Positions 45,422 to 55,617 of a stretch of 64,000 nt of DNA are shown here, piece by piece. Position 1 is the stretch's first letter. Every line of letters begins with the position of its first letter. The notes under the pieces are model-generated. The model made no database searches, was not told the DNA's origin, and saw only the letters and a list, made by a program, of their open reading frames with translations. The translations under genes and the position numbers were made by a program. Source of the stretch: an uncultured Nitrososphaerales archaeon (lineage in GTDB: Archaea > Thermoproteota > Nitrososphaeria > Nitrososphaerales > Nitrososphaeraceae); the NCBI GenBank assembly GCA_963841565.1, contig CAWJCY010000003.1, positions 202,801 to 266,800 on the forward strand. The letters run 5' to 3'.

Positions 45422-45859
45422 ATGTTTATATCAATCGTAATAGTTATTTTGATACTAATACCAACAGTAAATGTGTTTGCTATCTCTAAACCAAATTTTT
45501 TTACTGAAGATGGTTATGTCATACAACGACAAGAGAAAAGACCAGCAATAAACGAAGATTTTGCTCCCGATAGTAGCTGCATGTTTGATGCATTTCAGCT
45601 AAAATGCATACCTGGAGCAGAGCAGGAATGTCCTGAGGGCTTTGGAAATAACGGCGATGCAACTTGCTTCATTAGACATCCAGAAGGATGCCCTAAAGGC
45701 TATCATAGTACAGATGATGATGATACAGGACAATGTTATCCTAATTCAGAAGGATGCAATACGTATGTTGTACTGAACGGAACGCGCCATAACTTTGTAC
45801 TGCTTACAGATAGGCCAGGTAAAGGGGATATCTGTGCAGATCCACGTTACCTCAATTAA
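45422..45859 (+). CDS. Secreted disulfide-rich protein (8 Cys, CPxG[FY] repeats)
   Basis: Signal peptide; CPEGFGNNGDATC and CPKGYHSTDDDDTGQC. Confidence 0.8.
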   Translation: MFISIVIVILILIPTVNVFAISKPNFFTEDGYVIQRQEKRPAINEDFAPDSSCMFDAFQLKCIPGAEQECPEGFGNNGDATCFIRHPEGCPKGYHSTDDDDTGQCYPNSEGCNTYVVLNGTRHNFVLLTDRPGKGDICADPRYLN

Positions 45860-46176
45860 TTAAAAATCCTATTTTCATACCCATTGTGTAGATAGCACCT
45901 CCTACGTCAATATTAGAGAAGGAGACTGTTTCCCTGCAGTTATCACCGAGAATACTATGCTACAAAATATTGCATATTACCCCTTTACAATATGACCGCA
46001 AGTGCAAATGCAAGTCCGAGGATGCTCTAAAACCTACCTCGGAACAAATTGAGTTCTAGATACGGAACTCTTTAATTTCCTTGTGAACTCGTCTCCGAAT
46101 ATATTTCGCCGAGAACTTAGGATTTGAAATAACAGGTAAGTTATCTTGTAACGCTGTCAATCAGCCAGTTAGCCAG

Positions 46177-46434
46177 TCAGCAGTAACCCATATAGCGTTC
46201 TAGACCCTCATTTGAACTAGTATATTCAGAGTCGCCATCTGGTAGTAGGTCAAGATGTGAGGGAAAATGTTCTGAACAGTAACAATTGGTGCATTTTTTA
46301 CATTGAGCGGTTGGCTTGTTAAAGCAACTGACTATACCGCATACGCCTTCCTTCCTTGACCTTCGGGACCAATCATTTACATTTATCTCCTCATCTGTTG
46401 CTAGGTCGTCAGTGAGCAAGTGCATGTCTGTCAT
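46177..46434 (-). CDS. Small Zn-finger protein (B-box/AN1-like Cys/His pattern)
   Basis: CGIVSC..CKKCTNCYCSEHFPSH. Confidence 0.7.
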   Translation of the reverse strand: MTDMHLLTDDLATDEEINVNDWSRRSRKEGVCGIVSCFNKPTAQCKKCTNCYCSEHFPSHLDLLPDGDSEYTSSNEGLERYMGYC

Positions 46435-46440
46435 CGATGT

Positions 46441-46551
46441 CTATCGTCGATTTCCAGGATGACAGGTGCATTGACAACCAGTAGGACCAGCAAAACTAAG
46501 AGAACAGTATTCATGCCTATCTGTAAGACATTCTAATGACACTAGACGCAC
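46441..46551 (-). CDS. 36-aa Cys/His-rich peptide
   Basis: Hand translation from GTG: MRLVSLECLTDRHEYCSLSFAGPTGCQCTCHPGNRR*; ends 6 nt before the next start. Confidence 0.55.
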   Translation of the reverse strand: MRLVSLECLTDRHEYCSLSFAGPTGCQCTCHPGNRR

Positions 46552-46679
46552 TACACTCTAAGCAACTGTTTACCTAATAACTAGACATCTAAGAATGATT
46601 AATGGCCGTAATCAGGAGAGGTGACTACTGTTTCAAAAAAAGGTAAAAGATTGTTTGAATGGTTATCCTACATCGCATC

Positions 46680-46990
46680 ATTCATCGTCGTCATCGACAG
46701 GCTCTACGCCATGGCCATCAAACATATTTTTGTGTGCCGTTGCTCCTCCGTTTAAGTTTTTGCCGGCTGCTTCAATGTTTGAATCTCATATTTAACTTGC
46801 CTAAGCTCTTCTGATTGCTCAATCTCTAATTTCTTGACTTTATTTTCTAATCGTGGAGCTGGATCAATTGTTAATGCATCAGCTGCATGAGCTTTATAAT
46901 CCTGGAAGATTTCAAATTCATTAGGGCGATAGTAATGTCCTGAAGCTCCAATATTATGTCCCATTAGCATCTTAACATTGATCTCAATCT
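46680..46990 (-). mobile_element. C-terminal remnant of a tyrosine recombinase/integrase
   Basis: IEINVKMLMGHNIGASGHYYRP (box II His and catalytic Tyr) plus a coiled-coil tail; the N-terminal part is replaced by AT-rich DNA. Confidence 0.75.
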
Positions 46991-47280
46991 TAATAATTCG
47001 ATATATTATAAATAAGTAATAATTAATTATATTGAGATATTTCTATCAAGCAATTAGACTGATATTTGGCTGGTTGGGTGACTAATTATATCTCCCTTTC
47101 AATACATAAGTGTTCATTCATAGATCTTAGTTGTCATTGCTTCAGTCTGGGACTTACCCCTTGCCAAGTCCCTTAATTCTGGAGATTCATCCTTCAGCTT
47201 TCCTATAAGATACTTGACATTCAAGTATTGATCGTTTTTTTAAGAAAGAATATTAAGTATAGTTAATGTCAAAATAAAAG

Positions 47281-47793
47281 ATGAATGGTGATACATCTTC
47301 GCCAGGGGTCTATCCAAAGATAATCAATCATGTTGCAATTAGCGTTCCTGATCTTGAGAAGGCCGTAATCTGGTACACTCAAGTCCTAGGATTCACTGTG
47401 ATAAAACATGCAGCAGAATTTGTTGCTGATAACACACTGAAGGGGAGGGCAGTCAAAGATATTCATGGTACAAAATTGAAGAAAATGAAGATGGCCTGGC
47501 TAAGTTCTGCAAACCAGGTAGGCTTTGAAATAATAGAGTACGTGGAACCAAAAGCAGAGAAACGCCAAGATAATTTTGAGTACTGGAAATCAGGAATTAT
47601 CCACATCTGTATAACTGACCCTGACATTGAAGGAATATGTAAAAGAATATCTGACAGTGGAGGAAAACAGCGTACAGAGATATGGGAGATTGTTCCTGGG
47701 AAGAGTTACAAGATTGCGTTTTGCGAGGACCCTTTTGGCAACATTATCGAAGTCTTTGATCATAGCTACGAACAGATAATAAATTCATTATGA
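47281..47793 (+). CDS. VOC/glyoxalase (lactoylglutathione lyase-like) family protein
   Basis: NHVAISVPDLEKAVIWY, FEYWKSGIIHICITDPDIE, FCEDPFGNIIEV. Confidence 0.92.
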   Translation: MNGDTSSPGVYPKIINHVAISVPDLEKAVIWYTQVLGFTVIKHAAEFVADNTLKGRAVKDIHGTKLKKMKMAWLSSANQVGFEIIEYVEPKAEKRQDNFEYWKSGIIHICITDPDIEGICKRISDSGGKQRTEIWEIVPGKSYKIAFCEDPFGNIIEVFDHSYEQIINSL

Positions 47794-48144
47794 ACGAACA
47801 AATGCTTGGATAATTTGTTAATTATGGTCACTAGTAAATCGTCAAATAGGGAGGGGAAATTCTATTCATGTCATTTAAGAGATTTTATTCTAAAACTGCT
47901 CTACTTTACAACTTGACAACTTGGAGAAAATGTTAGTTTGGATTAAGTATACTACCTAAGCAGATACCAAATAACGTTATAGTTAATATTAGATTCTATC
48001 TTTATTCGCTGGCCGCAGAAAGATAAGAAATATGAATGATTGAAAATATACTACAGGTCAAATATTGGTTATCATTCCTAATTTCTGGAACAATAGAACA
48101 TTCCGAAATGATTTAGCACTAAAAAAATTAGGGGGTTCTTATTA

Positions 48145-48366
48145 CTATGTTGATGATTGACCAACAAGCTGAGTTGAGGGTAGGTTGGTTACAGCACTTT
48201 CAACATTCGGCTCTTGTGTATTATCAGCGTGTGATTCACCAGAGCCATTACATACTGCCATTGCCGCTTGAAAGGAAGTCCCGCTTTGTGTCGTCACAGA
48301 TACAGCCATGAATAATGCCGCAACTGCAAGCATACTTGCGGCAACGATCTTCACGCTTCTGTTCAA
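48145..48366 (-). CDS. Small secreted hypothetical protein
   Basis: Signal peptide KIVAASMLAVAALFMAVSV, a TATA box upstream and an oligo-T tract downstream. Confidence 0.65.
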   Translation of the reverse strand: MNRSVKIVAASMLAVAALFMAVSVTTQSGTSFQAAMAVCNGSGESHADNTQEPNVESAVTNLPSTQLVGQSST

Positions 48367-48661
48367 TCTAGTCAGGGTATTTAAGTCAGGAGTATTTAAA
48401 CTGTCCTGTCGAAATATTTGACCATCCTTCAGATTGAGGACAATTAAGAATTAGGATAGATAAGATTATCACAATTAGCACTGAATCAAATATTTCTAGC
48501 ACAAAAGACGAGGATGATTTCTTAACAATTAAACACTTAGAATCAAAAAACGACCTGGATTCACTCCCCAAGTAGTTAGATCTTTTAGGATATGAATCAT
48601 GATTCGGGGTAAAGATGCTGTTCCCTATAATTGAAAAAATCAAATACAGAATTAACGGAGT

Positions 48662-48735
48662 AGCCTTGGGCTGGATTTGAACCAGCGATCTTTGCCATAC
48701 CAAGGCAAAACTCTTCCTGGCTAAGCTACCAAGGC
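48662..48735 (-). tRNA. tRNA-Thr(GGT), intronless, CCA not encoded
   Basis: Hand-folded cloverleaf: acceptor GCCTTGG/CCAAGGC, D stem GCTT/GAGT, anticodon stem TTGCC/GGCAA with loop TT-GGT-AT, T arm GCTGG-TTCAAAT-CCAGC, discriminator T. Confidence 0.93.
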
Positions 48736-49539
48736 ACTTGTCTAAATCTATTTGTAGCGAATTTATTCCTTTACAACACCTAAGAGAGAGGACGATGGTT
48801 GTGACTGCTTGCATCCACCTCTTAATCATGAGAACTAACTAGCAGTTCGGGAAAACGATTCGTCGAAGATTCACTTGAATCGAAATTGTCAAATTTTGAT
48901 TTAATATGATAGTCGAACTACCTTTACAGAATCTTGTCAATCAACAGGAACGATGTACCTCTTTTTTCTCGCTCTCATTGTAAACATTTGCTTATGATAA
49001 GCGTAACCTTCGCCATTTTAACCTTGGAGATTAATTTGCTTTTGTTAATACTTTTTATGATTCAATTGAGTAATTATCAACATGTTGTCACAAAGACAAT
49101 CTAATTGCGTTGGTCGAATTCCATCTGATGAAACATTCATAATGATTTAGTCTTAACTCTTCGAGCAACAGATTAGTAAATATCCTGAGAGTAACACCTG
49201 ATTGTCTGTTACCTATGAAAATGCCTTGCTGCATGTTCAAACAAACCCAGCTCTGATAATTAAAAAGCATAAAAGAGGAATATCATATTAGCTGCACCCA
49301 TAAGGCATCATGATATTGTGGATCGGAACCAACATTTCGAAACAAAACATCTTCATCTGGAGAAATAGTATGTGTTGTCAAGCCGCAAACGGAACAGAAG
49401 GAATGTACTAAACTCAGAACGTCTTTGTTCTGTGGTATCTTTCTATGACATGCCTAAAATCAATATAAAAATAAGTGTTGGTATTCACTGTATTTTTTGA
49501 TGAATTTGTCTTAAAAAAATGAGGGAATGAAGGTGTTTT

Positions 49540-52500
49540 CTATGTCGATGGTGTAATTTCTCTGACGCTGAGATTTTTGATATCTATGCTGTTTCCATTG
49601 TCCCATCTAAATGAGGCTATTGGGCCACCCCATGTAACGATTTGATCTGATTCTCCATTACATTCACCGCCTTCACTACCCCATCCACCTTGATCAATGA
49701 AGTCGTATACTTTCTGCCACTGATTGTCATTGTTGGGATCCACCCATGATTCCATCTTTACTACTGTTTCACCATTTAACTGCATATTGTAAATTGCCAC
49801 CTTGAAACCTACGAATTGTCCGTCACCATCTGCAGGTGAACTTCCCCATGGCTGGAAGACGTAACTTACGTGCCATTGTTCCTTTGCCCATCTTACGTCT
49901 CCTCCGGTGTAGGCTAAAGACCCTTTGTATGCAACACCCTCACATCCTTCTGGCGATCCGCTTCCTGTATGCCTCCCTCCTCTTGCATACCATGTCCATT
50001 CATCATCTCCACCTGAATTGTATTTGACCTGCCCTGTCATCTCTACATTCTTCCAATCATTGGGAGACTGCATGTACCCTCTGCTTGCCAAGACGCTATG
50101 ATCTGTCGACCACATTATCTGGCTGATATCCTGAAGAAGTAAAAACACCATACCTTACTTGACCGCTGGTCACCCTCCAAGATCCGTCGCTATTTCTACT
50201 CATTGAAGGTTCACTTGTTCTAGGGTCATTTTGAGGGTCATCCATATTCATATACCACTCTTCACCACCAGGTTTTGTTGGATAGATTTTCTTTATTCCG
50301 AATTTGTCATTTGTGCCTCCGTCGGTACTTGACACAGTAATACTTACTGTTGCCTTGTTTATGCTTGTTGCACCTTTGCTATCACGGGCAACGTACGTAA
50401 AGCTATCTGGCCCAATGTATCCAGTGGTCGGTGTATACGTTACTATATTTTGAGCGCTAATTGTAGATAGCTGTCCATGCATTGGCTGATCAACTATACT
50501 GAAGGTTATGGGATCGTTATTAGGATCGGTACCTGATAGGGTAATATCTACTGCCGCATTTGTTCCTGTAGTTACACCCTTTGGATCTGCAGTAGGGGTT
50601 TGAATAAATTGCACTGATGAAAGCACACTTAGGTCAATCTCTGCGATAGCCAGCCACTTTTCTTGTAGGCCTGGAGTCTCGTCTATTCTAAATGTATTCT
50701 GTGCAGTAGCGGGGAGTTCTCTCAATGGAAATCTATCTGCGCCTTCTATTCCACTAACTTTAGTTCCATCATCAAAGAACTCCAATACTTTTACCCATTG
50801 GTTTGCGGGTTGGTTGTCATTATTCCCTTGGTCCTGATATACTTGTATTCTTACTCCTGCTTGTTCTTGTAATGCTACTGCCATGAATCCGACCCACCTA
50901 TTATGTATTGATACGCCTTGCTGCTCAAAGTCTAGGTCTAAGTTATCTGTATAATCTGGGTGAGGACATTCAGCTCTCAATCTTGGTTGGCCAGAATCTA
51001 CCGCTATTGCTGGGTCGTAAACGCAGCCATCATATGGAGCAGAATCGGTATGAGCACCTCCCAAAAGCTTCATGGCCACGTCGTCAGAACCGCCTGAACT
51101 TCTGAAGTAGCCTACCATTACAAGAGAGGTTCCTGCTGCGTTCATGTTGTGTCTGGCTCCGCCATCTCGTTCGTCTTTCTCGTATTCATAGTCCCATTGT
51201 CCCTTTATCTTGAAAGGTACTGTTACACCGTCCCTGGTGGTACTACCTCCTCCAGGGGGATTCGGCGGTCCAGTTGATTTTGGTCCCGCTACAAAAGCAT
51301 CAAGCCTACTGTCGGCATTGGGGACTACTGCAGGATCGCTATTATCCCTTAAACCTCCACCAAGAGAGGTCCATGCTGAGGACCAGGTATTGCTGTTGGG
51401 TGAGGATTGTGTCTTGTAGAACAATGCATTGTTGGTACCTACAACAAACACCTGAAGCCTGCCGTCACTATTTCTTGCAACAGCTGGACTTGTATCTGCT
51501 TTTATTCCTCCACCCAGGGATGTCCATGCTGGAGACCAGGTATTGCTGTTAGGTGAGGACTGTGTCTTGTAGTACAGCTGATTATTTGTACCAACAACAA
51601 ACACCTGCAGCCTACCATCGTTATTTGCTATTCCTATTGGATTTGTATTGGCTCTCAAACCTCCACCCAGGGATGTCCATGTTGGAGACCATGTGCTACT
51701 ATCATCTGCTGTCTGGGCTAGGTATTGTAATTGGTTATTTGTACCTACAACAAACACCTGAAGCCTACCGTCACTATTTCTTGCAACAGCTGGACTTGTA
51801 TCTGCTTTTATTCCTCCACCCAGGGATGTCCATGCTGGAGACCAGGTATTGCTGTTAGGTGAGGACTGTGTCTTGTAATACAGTTGATTATTTGTACCTA
51901 CAACAAACACCTGCAGCCTACCATCGTTATTTGCTATTCCTATTGGATTTGTATTGGCTCTCAAACCTCCACCTAGAGATGTCCATGATGCGGTCCAGCT
52001 TGCACTGTTAGGTGAGGTCTGTGTCTTGTAATACAGTTGATTATTTGTACCTACAACAAACACCTGAAGCCTACCGTCACTATTTCTTGCAACAGCTGGA
52101 CTTGTATCTGCTTTTATTCCTCCACCCAGGGATGTCCATGCTGGAGACCAGGTATTGCTGTTAGGTGAGGACTGTGTCTTGTAGTACAGCTGATTATTTG
52201 TGTTTACAACAAACACTTGCAGCCTACCATCGTTATTCATGGCGATAGCCAAATCAGTGTCAGATGCTATCTCACCACTAAGTGAAGAGTAAGAAGACCA
52301 TGTGCTACCACCGGCTGAGGTTTGCCATTTATGGTAGAGGGTTCCTATTACATTGCTGCCACCGCCACCGCCTCCACCAATAGCGCCACCGAAGACAGAA
52401 ATTTCATTAATGCTTGCCCAGTCATTTTCAGTATTACCGTTTACGGTAATTCGTATGTATCTTCCTTCAGTCCCTTCATGTAAGGTATATTTCTCAGCAG

Positions 52501-53080
52501 CCGTACCTAGACTGCTAGTATCGGGGGGTTCACTAGTGAAGGTAGTACCATCATCTGATACAGATATCACGAAATTATTTTGTCTAATATCACCACGGTA
52601 CCAAGCAATATCGACGCTGCATATACTTTTCTTTGAACCCAGATCAAGTTGAATCCATGATCCCTGTCCAAGGTTAGACCATCTGGTATTTAGATTATTG
52701 TCTACCACATTGGATGGAACATTGCCATCGTTACCCGATGCAACAACCGCTGACACTGGTAGTTTATCACATGTTGCAAGAGCAGAAGCTTGATCCTCAG
52801 AACCCTGAGGTCTGATCTGTAAATTCGACATCATATTATCCGTCAGATTGTTCACTGATTGTTGTTCATCTTCCATAGTAAGAAGAGGATTCACCTTATT
52901 GGTAGTTGGAATAGCAAGTGGAATATTGAATGTGTTATCACTTGATGAAGGATTAAGCGAAGCGTGGACAATTTTCCCTTGGTAAATAGAAAGAGGAACG
53001 AATAGCATGATTACTATTGGAATAACTGTAAACAACTTTTGAACATTAGCCATCCTTCTCGTAAATAATTGGAAATGCAT
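49540..53080 (-). CDS. Large secreted multidomain glycan-binding protein of about 1180 aa (F5/8-type C discoidin, 7-blade PLL-like lectin propeller, beta-rich domain A, Ig-like Big domain, beta-rich domain B); one frameshift near 50110
   Basis: Signal peptide; DNNLNTRWS..WIQLDLG..GRYIRITV; NxDGRLQVFVVGTNNQLYYK..WTSLGG repeats; TDPNNDPITFSIVDQPMHGQL..GPDSFTY; continues as TDHSVLASRGYMQSPNDWKNVEMTG in ORF 49540..50151. Confidence 0.88.
51285..52345 (-). repeat. Intragenic tandem repeat of 153-nt (51-aa) blades in a 306-nt A/B super-period
   Basis: Six full blades alternating IKADTS-PAVARNSDGRL and LRANTN-PIGIANNDGRL, nearly identical in DNA, plus two terminal half blades. Confidence 0.92.
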
Positions 53081-53574
53081 CTGATTTATGAAATACTACT
53101 CTAATATTTACGGATGTTTTATAAATTTGTACTTTCTTAAATCTGAGAGTTTTCTAAGTAGCAATTATCAACCAACTTCTGTACCTCTCAATATACTATA
53201 ACCGTCTTATGCCATAATTGTACTCGGATGTGAGTACGGATTACTACATATTTGTATCCTAGTGAATACATGACTTCTGTAGCGCCTCGTCTCCTAAGTT
53301 ACAAAGACATTCTAATCCACATTTCATTTTTCAGAGATTTACTATTTCCTTCTCTAAAGAGATTGGACGGCCTAATCATGAGGTCTATATTCTATCCAAG
53401 AATATACTACTACTATTCATAATCGGAATCCTTCAAAAAGCAATTTAACTTCATATGAATCCAAATCAAATGTATTGAATCTTACTGAAAAGTGCTCAAG
53501 AAAATTGAAAGCATTCATCATCATAACGTCTTTTGCTATATTTCTAATTTTACAGGGATCTGAACCCTATCGTG

Positions 53575-53907
53575 TACTGCCTCCATAGGTCAACAGAATT
53601 TAACGAGTCTTGCATTTGAGGAGAGCCATTATTGTCTAGTAGTCCAATCGACTCAAGTAGCAATGAATCAAATATGGAGTGACTCGTGGCCAGTTCATCA
53701 TTGAGAGCAATAATAACGTGCCTATTTCTATCACAAAGAACAAACGACGCCTGGCGAGTAGCTCCTGGTCTGAATGGTCTCCGATCATGTGGAGGAGGAG
53801 CAGCTCTTAGTTCCAATCCTCAAGTAGCAATGAATCAAAATGGAGGACTCGGTGGCCTTCATCATTGGACAGCAATAATAACGGCCTGTTCTATAAACTG
53901 CAGATAA
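53575..53907 (+). pseudogene. Insertion-riddled fragment of a second PLL-type propeller (about two blades)
   Basis: Two copies (about 53641 and 53810) of CAAGTAGCAATGAATCAAA..TTCATCATTG..AGCAATAATAACG; the consensus reads SSNPQVAMNQNGGLVAFIIGSNNNGLFYK..SSSWSEW. Confidence 0.65.
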
Positions 53908-54052
53908 TTTCCTAATTAGAATTCAACCCTTAACACTTCATTATATCCTTGAGTTATCAGCCCTCATCAACAATCCAGGCAAATCCCAATGCTTTAGCTA
54001 ATAATGAATTGAAGTCAAAGAATAGGAGTGACAAGATTTTTATACAGACGCT

Positions 54053-55483
54053 GTGTTTTTGACTTATTTTAGGGTCTTGTTTGTCCCTTCGGGAACAAAT
54101 TCAACAGTAGGAAATTACTTAATAGTATCCCCATATTCTTCATTAAGCATAATGACTTGCGGTAAGATGTTTAATTTTCTAATAGTACAATCTGCCCCAT
54201 TTATTATTTTAATTTGCGCTTGTTTGTATTGCTCAAATGCTTATGGCTATCCCAGTATTAATGATAATAACATCAGTGTAGAACGATATGCTACTGGTCT
54301 AAACCATCCTACTACAATGGCTTTTCTAGGAGACAATGACGTATTAATACTAGAAAAAGACAACGGCACTATCGTAAGGCTAAAGGATGGAGAACTATTT
54401 CCATTTTTCGACGTAGAAGTCGCTAATGATAAGGAGCTAGGAATGCTCGGAATAGATGCAGTGAAGCGATTCTCTAACTCAACTGTGGGTGTCTATGATA
54501 TATTTCTCAGGTACACGGAGTACTATAATGAGAAGAGTGGGAAGGGTTCTAGCGATACTACTACCAAACCTTATGGTAGCATTAACAACCAGCTCTACAA
54601 ATATACACTTATCGATGATTTAATTCGTGGGCCCGGACACGAAACCATAACCGGAAAAAAAATACTTCTAAACCTGCCAATAAATGAATTCTCACACCGT
54701 CATGTAGGCGGAGTTGTTGCTGTGAACCCAAATAATAAGGATCATATATATACGGTCGTTGGAGATCTAGATTCTCCTAACAGAACCAAAGTACAGAATG
54801 TTCAATCGGGATCAGAAGCGGATGGTTCTGCGGGTATACTTGGAGTTACCACGGATGGAGGAGTGATCAAGAACTATTCAGAAGGAGCAGATAACGCCAA
54901 CTTTATCGACAAATACTATGCATATGGGATTCGTAACAGCTTTGGTCTAACATTCGATCCGGTCACGGGAAGGATGTGGGATACTGAAAATGGGCCAAAT
55001 TCGAATGATGAGCTGAACTTGGTAGACGCCGGATTCAACAGCGGATGGCAAAAAATAATGGGAATGGCGCCCATTGGATTTAATTCTACCGAAGCATTGG
55101 TTACATATGATGGAAAAGGCAAATACAGCGATCCTGAATTCGTTTGGAAACACGTAGTAGCTCCTACGGCCCTAACATTTCTTACCTCAGATAAATTGGG
55201 AAGCAAATACCAAAATGATTTGTTCGCGGCATCGTCAGTGAACGGAAAAATCTATCGTTTTGAGTTAAACCCAATTAGGAACGAATTGTTGCTATTCGGA
55301 GAACTTTCGGACAAAGTAGCTGATTCTGAAAATGAAACATCATCAAACGTTTTCGGAGAAAACTTTAATGCCATAACTGACCTCAAAGTTGGTCCCGATG
55401 GATATTTATACGTAGTTTCAATATCTGATGGTGCAATATATCGGATAGTAAACAAGCACTATTCGAATACTTCCAAACAATGA
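54053..55483 (+). CDS. PQQ-dependent sugar dehydrogenase family, secreted (second paralogue; true start probably about 54152)
   Basis: GLNHPTTMAFLG, HRHVGG, YYAYGIRNSFGLTFDP, TENGPNSNDELN, ITDLKVGPDGYLYVVS. Confidence 0.92.
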   Translation: MFLTYFRVLFVPSGTNSTVGNYLIVSPYSSLSIMTCGKMFNFLIVQSAPFIILICACLYCSNAYGYPSINDNNISVERYATGLNHPTTMAFLGDNDVLILEKDNGTIVRLKDGELFPFFDVEVANDKELGMLGIDAVKRFSNSTVGVYDIFLRYTEYYNEKSGKGSSDTTTKPYGSINNQLYKYTLIDDLIRGPGHETITGKKILLNLPINEFSHRHVGGVVAVNPNNKDHIYTVVGDLDSPNRTKVQNVQSGSEADGSAGILGVTTDGGVIKNYSEGADNANFIDKYYAYGIRNSFGLTFDPVTGRMWDTENGPNSNDELNLVDAGFNSGWQKIMGMAPIGFNSTEALVTYDGKGKYSDPEFVWKHVVAPTALTFLTSDKLGSKYQNDLFAASSVNGKIYRFELNPIRNELLLFGELSDKVADSENETSSNVFGENFNAITDLKVGPDGYLYVVSISDGAIYRIVNKHYSNTSKQ

Positions 55484-55617
55484 CTTTTTAAGATATTCGA
55501 TTGGTATCTTCTAGAATTCCACTCGTTCCAGCTTCGATTTGGGCTCCGCCAAATACTTTTGATTTTCCGGATAGGAATTGGCATATTCTTTGTGCATTTC
55601 TTTAAGATTATTATTGA

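Noticed and set aside
46680-48735. SSV-type integrase split by integration into the tRNA
   Set aside because: The fragment does not abut or overlap the tRNA and has only the last 80-100 codons; simple decay explains it better
48386-48829. 147-aa ORF
   Set aside because: It runs through the tRNA-Thr gene and has no recognisable motif
51285-53907. Diversity-generating retroelement TR/VR pair
   Set aside because: No reverse transcriptase in the window, and the differences between repeats are not adenine-specific
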